A DNA stretch of 64,000 nt from a virus (lineage: Duplodnaviria > Caudoviricetes), in IMG/VR virus record IMGVR_UViG_3300005281_000021, positions 18,783 to 82,782 of that record. One strand, written 5' to 3'. The notes beneath the pieces were generated by a model that worked only from the letters and a program-made list of their open reading frames with translations, had not been told where the DNA came from and made no database searches. Below are positions 29,401-39,807 of the stretch, piece by piece; positions within the stretch are counted from its first letter, which is position 1; every line of letters begins with the position of its first letter. A program made the position numbers and the translations under genes.

Positions 29401-29603
29401 CGCCGCACCTCCGCAAAGCACTGCGAGCGCAGGCCCGAGTCCTGGATCGAGTAGCAGCGCGACGGATCCCCGTGCGCCTTCGCCAGGCAGTAGGCCCGGG
29501 CGTCGGCGTCCGGGACGGCGTAGCAGGAGCTGGCATCCGCGGCCAGCGCCGGCGGCGCGACGACATAAAGGATGGCGAGCAGCCAGGGTATGAGTCGTTT
29601 CAT
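29397..29603 (-). CDS. Small secreted four-Cys repeat protein
   Basis: Signal peptide; two CY.(V/I).D...R..C repeats. Confidence 0.65.
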   Translation of the reverse strand: MKRLIPWLLAILYVVAPPALAADASSCYAVPDADARAYCLAKAHGDPSRCYSIQDSGLRSQCFAEVRR

Positions 29604-29617
29604 GCGGCCCATGTTAC

Positions 29618-32600
29618 TCAATTCTCAGGCAAGTGTCCGCTTTCGGCAGCCTGCCGCTTCTTCAGGAACCATGCAAACCCGGTGTCGTCCAGCCCATCCA
29701 TCGGGGACGTCATCAGGTCGCGCAGCTCGTACTTCTTCTGCAGCCGGTCGCGCGCCCGGAACTCCTCCCGGTGGTTCGCCACCAGATCGATCAGCTCGAC
29801 GTCGTGCTTCTGGCCGATCCGGTCGATTCGGGCGTTACGCTGGCCGTGGGTCTTGGCCGTATCCGGGATGTCGTGCTGGATCAGGTACCGGCCCGACTGC
29901 AGGTTCATGCCCACCGCGCCGGCGTCGGACGCCAGCAGGATATCCGCCTGCGCCTCGCCCTGCTCGGGGTTAAACATCTTGCGCTTGCGGTCTTTCTCGG
30001 CGGCGCTGTCGGCCCCCGTGATCGTGACGACCCGCTTGCCCGCCGCCTCGAGCCGCTTCCGGATGGCTTCAATGTCGGCCCGAGCGTGGGCGAAGATCAC
30101 CCCCTGTTTGCCAGGGCGCGCCTCCACCTCCTTCAGCATGGCGTCGATCTTGGCGTTGTCCGGGTGGGAGTTGATCACCCGCCGGATGGCGCTCGAGCGC
30201 ATGATACCCAGCGACTTCTGCAGCCGATCGGCGATCGCCATGTGCTCGCTCTCGGGCACCCCCTCGAACGACCCGGGCGAGATAGCCCTCATCGCCTCGA
30301 GGTTCACCTCCCCGCGCTTGCGCGCCAGCCGGGCCGCGGCGAAGTGCGCGTCCAGCTCCCGCAGGGCCTGTTTCTGGCCCTCGGTCAGGTCGACCGTTAC
30401 GGTCTTGCGCTCGGCGTTGACCCCGGAACTGATCCGGTTCGGGAACACGTAGCGCGACAGCTCCCGGCGCAGGGCCTCCTTGGACGCCAAGGTGTCGGCG
30501 CCGTACTTGCGCATGAACGCATCCCGGTCGCCGTACCGCTTGCGGTCGAGCTTCGCCAAGACGGAATGAATCTCGGACGCGTCGTTCTTCACCGGGTCGC
30601 CCGAGAAGTAGCCGTAGTAGGGCGTGTTATCGGACAGGGCGTCGACGACGTTGGACAGGGTCGAGTTTTCCTTGCCGGCCCGGTTCACGGTCTCGTGGGC
30701 CTCATCGACCATGGTCATGTCGAAGTTGATGCCCTCCTTTTCCATGACCGAGCGCATCCACTCCTGCCGCTCGTCAGGGGTCATGGCATTGACCCGCTTG
30801 GTCATCTCGCCCTCGTCCACCCCGGCGTGCTTGGCGCCCAAGTGGATCATGTCGTCCCGGAACGACTGGTGGGTCATGACGCAGAAGTGGTTCGACGGAT
30901 CCTTGTAGGCCGCGATCCGTTCCTCCCGGGACGCGCCAGGCTCGATGTGCCACTTGTACTTGCCCGGCTGCAGATAGCGCAGCGCCTCGCCGGCGAACTG
31001 CCCCTGCACGACCGACGGCACCAGCATGATCGCCCGCTTGACCTTGCCCTTCGAGTGCAGGTGAGAAAAGCCGCCCAGCATGATCGCCGTCTTGCCCGAG
31101 CCGGCGCCCAGCGCGCCGCCCAGCCGCTTGTTTGCCTCCAGCAGCTTGATCGCCCGCTGCTGCGGCGCGTACTTGCCCGACATCGACGGGTTCCACAGCT
31201 TGACCGGCTGCCCGGGTTTGAAGTTTTGGCCGACCACCGACATCATCTTGGCGACCTGCCGCCCGGCCACGTGCCCGACCGTGTGCCGCTCGTCCGCGGC
31301 CAGCTGGCGCGCCGGCGGCTCACCGGGTTGCTCGTCGCCACCGCCGAACAGGTCGCCGTCGGACGAGAAGAACCCCATCTGGGCCTGCTCGAAGGCCTGC
31401 TTCTGCTCCCGGAACGCATCCAGCTTGTCCAGCACGCTGCCGGCGGCGTACTTGCCCGACACCCGCTCGCGCAGGGCATCGCGCAGCGCCGCCTCCTTGG
31501 CCGCACGCTCGGCCCGTGCCTGCGGGTCGATGGTATCCAGGTGGGTCAAGTTGTTGCGGACGGTCGCCACCCCGACCTTGAGCGGCTTGTCCGGGTTGAG
31601 CCGGTTGTAGTGCTCGGCAAACTTCGACTCGACGTGCGACCGGATCAGGTCTTGCACGGTCTCATACGCCTTGGCCGTGCTCTTCATGGCAGCAACGTAC
31701 TTCGGCCAATTCAGGGACGCCGAGTTGTACTCCGCCGCGGCCTTGTCGCGCTCGGCCTTCCACTCCTGCCAGGCCGGGTTGACCGAGGTCTCCCCGAACA
31801 TATCGGTCGTCATGCGTTCCGGCTCGGACGCGTCCAGGGCTTCTAGCCGCTGGCGCAGCTTCGCCTCGTCCGGGGACTCCTTGGCGATGTTCCGCGCAAA
31901 GAAGTCCCGCAGCGCGCGCTGATCCTGCGGTGTCAGCTCGCCGACCTGCTTGTATGCCGCCACGCCCTCGGGGTGATCGGACAGCGCACGGTGCAGGGCC
32001 TCGACCGCCTTGTGGTCGACGTCGAAGGTCTGCTTGTTCAGGGTCGACCGGGCACCGCCGTACTCCCGCTCGACGTACTCGTCGGCGTACTGGTCGAAGA
32101 TCGGCGCCAGGGCGTCCGCCGTCATGAGCTTGCCGTCGGCGCCCTTGGTCGGCGCGATGGTATCCAGCACCGCCCGGTACTCCGCCGGCGCGCGGCCCGA
32201 CTTCTGGATGAAGTCGGCGGACTGGATGTCGGCCAGGATATCCGCCGGCGCGTCGCCGTCGGCCATCCGCCCGCCGATGTAGTCCTTCAGCGACCGCTCG
32301 AGATCAGGCCCTGCCTCGAACGGGCGCGCCAACCGCGGCGCCACGCCGGGCTTGACGTCCGTGGCCAGATCCGGGCGGCTGGCAAACCCCAGCGGCAGCC
32401 AGCCCTCCTCGTCCATGTCGCCACGGATGATGGCCTGGCTGCGCTTGAGCTGCGCCAGATCCTCCCGGTTCACCGGCTCAGCCAGCCGCTCCATGCCCTG
32501 GGCGTTGACCGTCAGGAACAGCTCCGACCCGACCCGGTCGAGCTGGTAGTCGCCAGGCTGCAGCCCCAGCGCCCGAGCCTGGGTAATGGCAGCCGCCTCG

Positions 32601-34186
32601 GTCGTGGCCCCCAGGGGCACCTCGAGCGACTCCGGATCCTGCCCCTGCATGGCCGCGACCAGGGCGGCGTTTGCCTCGGTCTCGCCCAGCACCGTGCCGA
32701 GAACCCGCCGGGCCTCCCCGATCGCCTCCCGGCGCTTGGCGTTCAAGTCCTGGGCCAGCTGCAGGTCATCGGCAGACGCCACCTTGTCCGGCAGCTCGAT
32801 GGACTCGGCAGCGGCTTGGAACTCCTTCGCCTTCGCCAGCGCATCGGCGGTCACCTGGGCGTACTGGCTGGCATGGTAGTCCTCGAGCGCCAGCCGGGTC
32901 TGCTCGAACTCCTCGGGCGACAGGGCCGAGCGCAGACGGCGGGCGACCACCTGCGCTGCGCCGGCCACGCCGAGCACGTCGACCACCGACCGGTCGATCA
33001 GGCCGTGACCGGCCACGGTCAGGGCCAGGGCATTCAGCGCGTTGTAAGCCCCGACCCCGATATGCCGCCCGAGCGCGCCGCGGTCGTGCTGGTCGACCTG
33101 GGACAGGAAATTCCGGGCCGCGATCGTGCGCAGGTCGTTCTCGACGTCCTCCCGCACCTTGGCCTCGAGGGCGGCGTCGTCATCGGTAACGGCCAGCGAG
33201 AACGCCTTCGGCTCGGCGATCGACTGGTCGATCTCCTTCGACACCTCCGCGGCCTGCTTCCGGATGAGCTGCAGCTTCTTCCGGGCCTTCAGGATTTCCA
33301 GATCCGACTTTAGGTCGGTGAGCTTCTTCTCGTCCTTCGGGGAGAACAAAGGCAAGTCGCGCACCGCCTCAAGCTCCTGGTGCAGCACCTTGGTGGCCTC
33401 GCCGCGGGCGAGCGCCGCCTTGCGCTCGTCCTCGGTCATTGCCGCCAGCTTCGCCTCGCGGTGCGCCTGCACCTCGGCGGCGATTTCCTCCGGCGTAGCA
33501 CCGGCGGCAGCCGCCCGACCCTTGTAGTCGGCATTGAACCCCAGCCCCCCGCCGGTGTCGGCCTTCATCGGGTCGATATCCGCCACGGAGAGGACGTCGG
33601 GGTCTTGGGTTTCCAGCGGGATCTCCCCGACCGCCTCCATCCGGGCGGCGTGATCCATCCGGGCTCGGTCGGCGGCTTCCTGGGCGGCGGCGTGCGCGGC
33701 CTTCAGGACGGCGGCGTGGTGGCGCTGCCGCATCTTGGCCTGGGCCTTTTCCGACAGGTGGGCGAATTTTTCCTCGGGGAACTCCAGCTGGGACAGATCC
33801 CAGCCCTTCGCCTTGGCGACCGCGGCAATGAACTCCTGCTCAGCCTGCAGGCGCTGCTGCCGGAGGGCCTTCCTGGCCGATTGTTTGGCCTCGTAGACGC
33901 CCGATTCCTTGTCCTTGGCAATCTGCTCGGCCCTGGCCTTTTTTCGCGCCTCCAGGCGCGCCTGTGCGGCCTGCTTGGCCGTTTCACCCGGCGCCCGGGG
34001 TCGGATGCGCAGTCCGGTGAGCGCGCCGCCGGCGCCGCCAATGATGTGGGCGGAGCCGTCCGGGTTTTCACGGATGAGGATGGGCTGCCCCTTCGTGCCT
34101 TCGCCATGCGGGTGGATGGTCACCCAACGCTCGTTCGGGCCGAGAGGGATTGCAGCTTTGTATAGGAATTCGACGGAACGGTGCAT
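29618..34186 (-). CDS. Large SNF2-family helicase/translocase, putative virion-packaged (DarB-like)
   Basis: GAGSGKT, DEAH, SGDPVKN, SDAGAVGMNLQ, QRNARIDRIGQ; within head module. Confidence 0.85.
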   Translation of the reverse strand: MHRSVEFLYKAAIPLGPNERWVTIHPHGEGTKGQPILIRENPDGSAHIIGGAGGALTGLRIRPRAPGETAKQAAQARLEARKKARAEQIAKDKESGVYEAKQSARKALRQQRLQAEQEFIAAVAKAKGWDLSQLEFPEEKFAHLSEKAQAKMRQRHHAAVLKAAHAAAQEAADRARMDHAARMEAVGEIPLETQDPDVLSVADIDPMKADTGGGLGFNADYKGRAAAAGATPEEIAAEVQAHREAKLAAMTEDERKAALARGEATKVLHQELEAVRDLPLFSPKDEKKLTDLKSDLEILKARKKLQLIRKQAAEVSKEIDQSIAEPKAFSLAVTDDDAALEAKVREDVENDLRTIAARNFLSQVDQHDRGALGRHIGVGAYNALNALALTVAGHGLIDRSVVDVLGVAGAAQVVARRLRSALSPEEFEQTRLALEDYHASQYAQVTADALAKAKEFQAAAESIELPDKVASADDLQLAQDLNAKRREAIGEARRVLGTVLGETEANAALVAAMQGQDPESLEVPLGATTEAAAITQARALGLQPGDYQLDRVGSELFLTVNAQGMERLAEPVNREDLAQLKRSQAIIRGDMDEEGWLPLGFASRPDLATDVKPGVAPRLARPFEAGPDLERSLKDYIGGRMADGDAPADILADIQSADFIQKSGRAPAEYRAVLDTIAPTKGADGKLMTADALAPIFDQYADEYVEREYGGARSTLNKQTFDVDHKAVEALHRALSDHPEGVAAYKQVGELTPQDQRALRDFFARNIAKESPDEAKLRQRLEALDASEPERMTTDMFGETSVNPAWQEWKAERDKAAAEYNSASLNWPKYVAAMKSTAKAYETVQDLIRSHVESKFAEHYNRLNPDKPLKVGVATVRNNLTHLDTIDPQARAERAAKEAALRDALRERVSGKYAAGSVLDKLDAFREQKQAFEQAQMGFFSSDGDLFGGGDEQPGEPPARQLAADERHTVGHVAGRQVAKMMSVVGQNFKPGQPVKLWNPSMSGKYAPQQRAIKLLEANKRLGGALGAGSGKTAIMLGGFSHLHSKGKVKRAIMLVPSVVQGQFAGEALRYLQPGKYKWHIEPGASREERIAAYKDPSNHFCVMTHQSFRDDMIHLGAKHAGVDEGEMTKRVNAMTPDERQEWMRSVMEKEGINFDMTMVDEAHETVNRAGKENSTLSNVVDALSDNTPYYGYFSGDPVKNDASEIHSVLAKLDRKRYGDRDAFMRKYGADTLASKEALRRELSRYVFPNRISSGVNAERKTVTVDLTEGQKQALRELDAHFAAARLARKRGEVNLEAMRAISPGSFEGVPESEHMAIADRLQKSLGIMRSSAIRRVINSHPDNAKIDAMLKEVEARPGKQGVIFAHARADIEAIRKRLEAAGKRVVTITGADSAAEKDRKRKMFNPEQGEAQADILLASDAGAVGMNLQSGRYLIQHDIPDTAKTHGQRNARIDRIGQKHDVELIDLVANHREEFRARDRLQKKYELRDLMTSPMDGLDDTGFAWFLKKRQAAESGHLPEN

Positions 34187-34201
34187 CCCCCCATGATGGG
34201 G

Positions 34202-34849
34202 TCACGACGCCACCGCCAGATCCTCGATGAGTTTGTTCTTTTTTCGGACGTTTTCAACCCAAGGGATGGCCCGCAGGTTCCATGGAACGTGCAAGCCACA
34301 AACCGTCTCGCCCTGAAGCGGCACGATGTGATCGACGTGATGCAGGATGCCGGTGTCGGCGGTCAGGCGGTCTGCTTCCTCGTACACCTCACGGATGGCA
34401 GATCGATCGACCCAAGGAGGTGTTGCTCGGACAATTTGCTTTTTTCGAGCCGCGTTCAGCTCCCGTATGACATGCCGATTTTTTTCGACCCATTCCTTCC
34501 TGCGCTCCTTCAAGCGGTCGAAATTCGCCACCCAATAGGCTCGCTTCATCTCAGCAAGCCGTTCGGCGTTCTTCGCGTTGTAAGCCCTTACACGCGCCTG
34601 TATCTGCTCCCTTTTCAGGATCCACCGCTGCCGGTCGTACTCCTTCCGGGCAGCGCGTTGCACCGGATCTGCACGGCGCCGATTCTCGCAGAGACGATTG
34701 CAGAGGACGCAACGCTTGTTGTCGGTTCGGCGCTCGTAGATGTGGCCACGCACGCACGGGCGACCGGTGAAGTAATGCCGGAATCCCCTTTCAAGAGCGA
34801 CGGAGCGCGGAACGAGGTGGAGCATCAACATGCCGCCGGATTTTGCCAT
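34202..34849 (-). CDS. HNH endonuclease
   Basis: YFTGRPCVRGH..C..C; ATPPW..HVDHIVPLQGETVCGLHVPWNL..N..K.N. Confidence 0.9.
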   Translation of the reverse strand: MAKSGGMLMLHLVPRSVALERGFRHYFTGRPCVRGHIYERRTDNKRCVLCNRLCENRRRADPVQRAARKEYDRQRWILKREQIQARVRAYNAKNAERLAEMKRAYWVANFDRLKERRKEWVEKNRHVIRELNAARKKQIVRATPPWVDRSAIREVYEEADRLTADTGILHHVDHIVPLQGETVCGLHVPWNLRAIPWVENVRKKNKLIEDLAVAS

Positions 34850-34857
34850 GGACTATG

Positions 34858-35232
34858 CGAAACCGGGCGCGTAACCGGCGGTTTCGCGCGGTTACGGCCT
34901 CCGGTTACGCGGAAAATCAATCAAATCAATGCCTTATGTATGTATGTAACCACGTAACCAAAAAATGGATAGATAGATAGATACGTATGCGCATGCGCAT
35001 ACGCGCGCACGCACACGCGCGCGCACATGCGCGCACGCATGTGGTGTCTATCTTTTTCCCGGTTTCGCGGTTACACGGTTACAACGGCCCGAAACCCGCA
35101 TGAAATAAAGATTTCTGCGTAACCGGTGAGGAATTACGCGCCGAAACGGCAGTTTCGGGCTGCGAAGGCGCATGAAATAATGATGGGGTCGTGTAACCGT
35201 GCCCGTTTCAGGCAGGCAAGCCGGTTACAGCG
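34858..35232. repeat. Origin-like element copy A
   Basis: Many GTAACC/GGTTAC repeats around an AT-rich tract and ~60-bp alternating purine-pyrimidine run. Confidence 0.6.
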
Positions 35233-35911
35233 CAGGCCCGCCCTGACCGTAACGCACCGCCTTGATGAGCACCGGCCCGCTCCCGGCGCCCTTCACCTGC
35301 CGGACGAACTCGGCCACCGGCACCGCTCGGATCGACCCCAGAAACCGCGGGTCGTCGTAGTGCTTCAGGAAGGCCGACCGGGCGTCCTCCTCGCTGGCGA
35401 ACCCGATCATGGCCTTCTGCTCGTCGTCCTTGTCCCACTGGCCAGGCACCCGGGTCATGACCACGTAGACGAACGGCGCATCGGCGTCCGGCCCGACGTA
35501 GCAGTCGACCGGGTCGCCATCCAGCCCCTGGGTGCCGACCAGATAGCCGTAGGGGTACAGCATCCGGATCGACCATTCGTTGCCGTCGCGGTCGCGCCCG
35601 GATCGCACCGTGCCCACCGGGCATTCGATGGCGATTTCCAGCCCCTGCCAGCGCATCCTGGGCTTCTTGTAGTTGCCGGCCTTGGCCTGGGCTTCCGTTG
35701 GCGCGCGCCAGCCGGCAGCCACCGGGTGCGGCCCGGACTTCACGAACAGAATGGGGATAGACTTGCGCATGGGTTCCTTCTTCTCGCCGCGGGCGCGCCC
35801 GGCCTTCTTGTAGGCGATGGCCACGGCCTGGTCGCGTGGATAGCCGGACAGAATCAGCTCGGCGATGTTGGCCGAGACCACCTCGTCGGAGTCACCATCA
35901 AGCAGCGGCAT
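35225..35911 (-). CDS. Inorganic-pyrophosphatase-like domain protein (polyvalent-protein type)
   Basis: GNYKK..GLEIAIE.P.G..RSG..W..YGY..T.G.DGD.VD.YVGP..DEQK.M.GF. Confidence 0.75.
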   Translation of the reverse strand: MPLLDGDSDEVVSANIAELILSGYPRDQAVAIAYKKAGRARGEKKEPMRKSIPILFVKSGPHPVAAGWRAPTEAQAKAGNYKKPRMRWQGLEIAIECPVGTVRSGRDRDGNEWSIRMLYPYGYLVGTQGLDGDPVDCYVGPDADAPFVYVVMTRVPGQWDKDDEQKAMIGFASEEDARSAFLKHYDDPRFLGSIRAVPVAEFVRQVKGAGSGPVLIKAVRYGQGGPAL

Positions 35912-37067
35912 CCTTCTTGCCCTCCAACAGACGGCGCAGCCATTCGCCAAACTCGGCGTCCTCGCCAGGCTCGTCCTGCAGCACCGGCAGCCAGCGCCCC
36001 CGGCAGTGCGGGTGAACGAGCCCGGCGGGCACCCACCAAAGCTCCTCTGGGTCTCGAGGGACAAGGGCGTTGCCTACCCGCTTACGCGGCGCCGACGAGC
36101 GCCCGAAGTTGTCCTTCCCGACCCAAACCTGGGTTTCCGGATCCTTGTCCGGGTTGTCCGGCGAGACCACCTCCATGACCCGCCCGTGGATCCGCTTGCA
36201 GAAGCCGCAGGCGGACTTGTACTGCTCCACCCGCTCGACCTTCGTGCCGGGCGCCAGGCTGGCGATGTAGCCCTGCGTCTGGCACTCGCCGGCCTCGGTC
36301 ACCGCGATGCGCCGCCAATCCCGGTTCATGGTGCCGAAGGTGTCCAGCAGCAGCGACTGAAGGGTCTGGCCGGGCGTTCCCGGGATGCGCAGCATCTGCT
36401 GCTCGACGTGCTTCTGGATGACGGCGCGCAGCTTCTGCCGGGCGGCAGCCGAGAACGCCGTGACGCGGTCAGCGGCCCGGGTGGCGGCGAAGCTCAGAAT
36501 GGACTGCTGCAGCGGCGTGAGCGCGAACTGAGCGACCGCCTGTGTTGGGGTCGTAGGCAGGGCCGCGACGATGCGGTCGGCCTGCTTGTCGGTCAGCTTC
36601 TCGATGTTGGCCTGCACCTTGCCCATGAGGGTCGAGCGCGTCGCCAGCCATTCGGCCTCCGACTTCAGGACGTCGGCGGGCAGGTATCGCTGCACCAGGT
36701 AGTCGACCATCATCATGTAGTCGTCCAGCGTCCACTTGTGCGGCGGCAGGGCCTGCAGGTAGATCTTGACCAGATCCAGCTCCGCCGGCGTCCACCGCTC
36801 CATGACGCCAGGCGGCGCCGGCGGCGGTTTCAGGCCGGGATTGTGCTTGTGGCCGGCCATCCAGGCCTGCAGCTCATGCTGGACGGCCTCGACGCGCGTC
36901 AGCCCGCGCTCGGTGAACAGCTCGACCAGGCGCCGAACGAACGGGCTGTCCATCGGATCCCAGATCGCGTCGTCGTCGCCGTGATCGTGGATCGCCTTGT
37001 AGATTTCGGACAGCGCCCGGTTCGTCTGCGTTTCGTCCAGATTGATGACGTCGAGGAAAAGGCCCAT
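35898..37067 (-). CDS. Head morphogenesis protein (MuF-like)
   Basis: [19 protein letters not shown]; downstream of portal. Confidence 0.8.
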   Translation of the reverse strand: MGLFLDVINLDETQTNRALSEIYKAIHDHGDDDAIWDPMDSPFVRRLVELFTERGLTRVEAVQHELQAWMAGHKHNPGLKPPPAPPGVMERWTPAELDLVKIYLQALPPHKWTLDDYMMMVDYLVQRYLPADVLKSEAEWLATRSTLMGKVQANIEKLTDKQADRIVAALPTTPTQAVAQFALTPLQQSILSFAATRAADRVTAFSAAARQKLRAVIQKHVEQQMLRIPGTPGQTLQSLLLDTFGTMNRDWRRIAVTEAGECQTQGYIASLAPGTKVERVEQYKSACGFCKRIHGRVMEVVSPDNPDKDPETQVWVGKDNFGRSSAPRKRVGNALVPRDPEELWWVPAGLVHPHCRGRWLPVLQDEPGEDAEFGEWLRRLLEGKKDAAA

Positions 37068-37091
37068 TCAGGCAGTGTGTCGTCACGACAC

Positions 37092-37273
37092 ACGAGAAGC
37101 CCGCCGGTTCCTCGGCGGGCGGGGGAAGGGTCGCCGTTTCTCGCACGGTATCGGCAAGTCCCGACGCGGGAGGCTCGCCGCAAGGGCTCACGTCTGACTT
37201 GCTGCGGGCTGTTTTTCCCGACAGTCCCGCTGCGGGGCCACGTCCAAGAGACATCCGCTCTGCCCGCTAGGGC
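37092..37273 (-). ncRNA. Putative late structured non-coding RNA
   Basis: Late-promoter motif at 37288-37295, several stems, terminator hairpin, no credible ORF. Confidence 0.55.
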
Positions 37274-37302
37274 AGCTCCATTTTTCCGTCACGACGTGCC
37301 CG

Positions 37303-37626
37303 TCAGCGTTTGACGACGATGCGCTCGGTCGCCATTCCCGGCGCCACGCCGATGAACCGGCGCTTGCCGGTCGCGTCCTCGACCAGCATCCCATCCTCGC
37401 CGTGCTCGATGAGCTTCAGGCGCTGCTCGGCGCGCTTCTTGTGGCCGAGGACGCGCTCCCACTTCACCTTGTGGCGCTTTCCCTTGGCGCACTCGACCGT
37501 GCAGCCGTGGCGCCCATGGGCCAGCACCCGGCCAGACAGCGGGATGCCGGACGGGTGCTCGAAATAAATCTCATCGCCAGGGAACACCCCGTGGCGAGCG
37601 TTCGGTTTGCTCTGCTGATCCATCAT
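37303..37626 (-). CDS. Small hypothetical protein coupled to portal
   Basis: ATGA overlap with portal stop; SH3/KOW-like beta pattern. Confidence 0.65.
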   Translation of the reverse strand: MMDQQSKPNARHGVFPGDEIYFEHPSGIPLSGRVLAHGRHGCTVECAKGKRHKVKWERVLGHKKRAEQRLKLIEHGEDGMLVEDATGKRRFIGVAPGMATERIVVKR

Positions 37627-39392
37627 GGCTCGATTACCAGAACCGGCGGCAGACCGAAGGACTTCTGCACCTCCTCGTCGCCGCCATACTCGACCGGATC
37701 GGGGTCGTCCGGGCCGTTGCCGTCGTCTTGACCGCCGTCACCGCCCTCGTCACCGCCGCCTTGGTCGCCCTCCTGACCTTGGTCGTCCTGACCACCATCC
37801 TGGCCGTCGTCGCCCGGCTGACCGCCGCCCATGGAGTCCGGGTCGCCGTAGTCCTCGCCCTGCTGCTGCTGCATCTGCTGCCAGACCTGGATGTGCGGCG
37901 GGTTGAGCGGCGCCTCGCCCCACGGCACAGGGTCGTAGCCCTGCACGGCCCGGGCTTCGTTGACCGTGAGGATCTGCTTGCGCATCTCCTCCCGCTTGTC
38001 CAAGTCCTCCTCGTCCAGTCCAGCCCAGCGGAACACGTACTTGTCCGAGAACTCGGCGACGATGAAGTCCGTGAACAGGTTCTCGAAGTACGCCAGCAGC
38101 GGGCGCAGCCCCTTGTCCTTCGACTCGGCCAGCTTTTCCTCGGTGTCGCTGCCAGACAGCGCGGACTTCGACGCCGAGAAGCTCTCGAAATTCAGCTCGT
38201 CCGGCGCGATGCCGTAGATGGCGCAGATCAGGCTGGCCAGGAACGTCATCCACTTCGAGAACATCATCTCGTTGACTTCGACGCCGAAATTCTCGAACGA
38301 CGCCTTCGACTCCTGATCCTTGGAGACCAGGAACGGCATGTTCCAGCGATTCTCGATGCCCCGCACCATGGCATTCCAGTACCGGCGGAACGCCGCCAAG
38401 TCCTGCTCGGAGTAGTTGCCGGTCAGGTGCAGGATGCCCTTGGGGATCGAGTTGGAGTCGAAGTATTTCGTGTTGTACGAGAAGGCGTTCAGGAAGCCCG
38501 TCACCGTGCGCACGAGCAGCTCGGTCTCCGACAGGCCGTAGCCGGCAGAGTTGACGTCGGTGCGCGGGTTGCGCGGGACATAAATGAGGTCGTCGTAGGT
38601 GTAGGCGGTTCGCACGACACCGTTGACCACCTGCAGGGCGAAAATCTCGTCCTCGCCCTTGTAGCCCTGCTCGGTGCACAGCCGGATCGTGGCGCCGTCG
38701 ACCGCATACAGGCCGTCCAGCCCGAGATTCTTGTCCCGCTTCCACTCGGTCTCGATCGGAGCCGAGTCCAGAACCAGCGAGTCCCGAACCAGCTTCGCCA
38801 TGAAGCTGGAGAAGTCGTCGCGCTTCAGGCGCATGCGCCGGCGCGGGTTCTTTTCCCAGCCGCAGTGCGAGAAAAAATCCTGCAGCAGTAGGATCGACTG
38901 CTTCTCGTCCGGGCCGATCTTCTGGTTCCGGTCGCGCAGGCGGATCTCGAAGCCCACGCCGGTGTCGCTTTCGCGCACCCGGCAGAACCGCTGCACCTGC
39001 CGGATCCGGGTCAGGACCAGGCCGGACAGGATCGGAGTCTGGTCGACCATCTGCCGCATCGCGTCAAAGCCCAGCGGGCTGGGCTTCTCGTAGTATTCGC
39101 CCAGCATGGCGATGTTGCGGTCGTCGACCCAGATCGACTGCATCCCAGGATCGCCGCGCTTGGCGGCGTTCGACGGGAACGGGACGAGCTTAGTCCCGAC
39201 CATCGATTTCTGCATCTCCTGCTCGGCGAGGTCGTTCCGGATCCACTCGATGACCGGCATGATGTCTTCGCGCGGGATCAGCTCGGACGCCAGGCGCGGC
39301 GTGTGCGCCTTCTGCAGCTCGGCCTGGGCGTCGAAACGCTCCGACGCGGGCGCCTCGGGATTGAACGCGATGGAAGTGGCTTTGTCGCTCAT
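37623..39392 (-). CDS. Portal protein
   Basis: AVDGATIR, PRNPR..YGLS.TE, YF...SIPKGIL, LTVNEAR; acidic tail. Confidence 0.9.
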   Translation of the reverse strand: MSDKATSIAFNPEAPASERFDAQAELQKAHTPRLASELIPREDIMPVIEWIRNDLAEQEMQKSMVGTKLVPFPSNAAKRGDPGMQSIWVDDRNIAMLGEYYEKPSPLGFDAMRQMVDQTPILSGLVLTRIRQVQRFCRVRESDTGVGFEIRLRDRNQKIGPDEKQSILLLQDFFSHCGWEKNPRRRMRLKRDDFSSFMAKLVRDSLVLDSAPIETEWKRDKNLGLDGLYAVDGATIRLCTEQGYKGEDEIFALQVVNGVVRTAYTYDDLIYVPRNPRTDVNSAGYGLSETELLVRTVTGFLNAFSYNTKYFDSNSIPKGILHLTGNYSEQDLAAFRRYWNAMVRGIENRWNMPFLVSKDQESKASFENFGVEVNEMMFSKWMTFLASLICAIYGIAPDELNFESFSASKSALSGSDTEEKLAESKDKGLRPLLAYFENLFTDFIVAEFSDKYVFRWAGLDEEDLDKREEMRKQILTVNEARAVQGYDPVPWGEAPLNPPHIQVWQQMQQQQGEDYGDPDSMGGGQPGDDGQDGGQDDQGQEGDQGGGDEGGDGGQDDGNGPDDPDPVEYGGDEEVQKSFGLPPVLVIEP

Positions 39393-39492
39393 TCCACCAT
39401 GGTCGCGTCACGACAGGCCCGGCGGCGCGCCGACCATCCTGATTAATCAAATTTGATGTATTATTGCGTTATCCACACAACAGGGGAGAAAC

Positions 39493-39807
39493 ATGATCGG
39501 CAAGTATCACCCCATCGGCACCAGGGTGGTGGTCGACACCAAAGGATGGCACCAACCAATTCCCGAGATCGACGGCAAGGCCGGACTCATCATGTCGGAA
39601 TACGGCCAGCACCAAACCGCCACCGGCATCTATTGGGGATACATCGTCCGCCTCGACAGCGGCCAGATTATCGTCGCCAGCCGGCGCCTGCTTGACCTGG
39701 CCGACGAGAAACCGGCCAAGGCGCCCAGCCCGCCACAGAACCGCGGAGACCTGGACGACAAGGTGTCGTGGGACGACTGCCCGTGGCGACCGAGCGAGGC
39801 GGCATGA
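39493..39807 (+). CDS. Hypothetical protein
   Basis: GGGGAG SD; -10-like TATTAT upstream. Confidence 0.6.
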   Translation: MIGKYHPIGTRVVVDTKGWHQPIPEIDGKAGLIMSEYGQHQTATGIYWGYIVRLDSGQIIVASRRLLDLADEKPAKAPSPPQNRGDLDDKVSWDDCPWRPSEAA

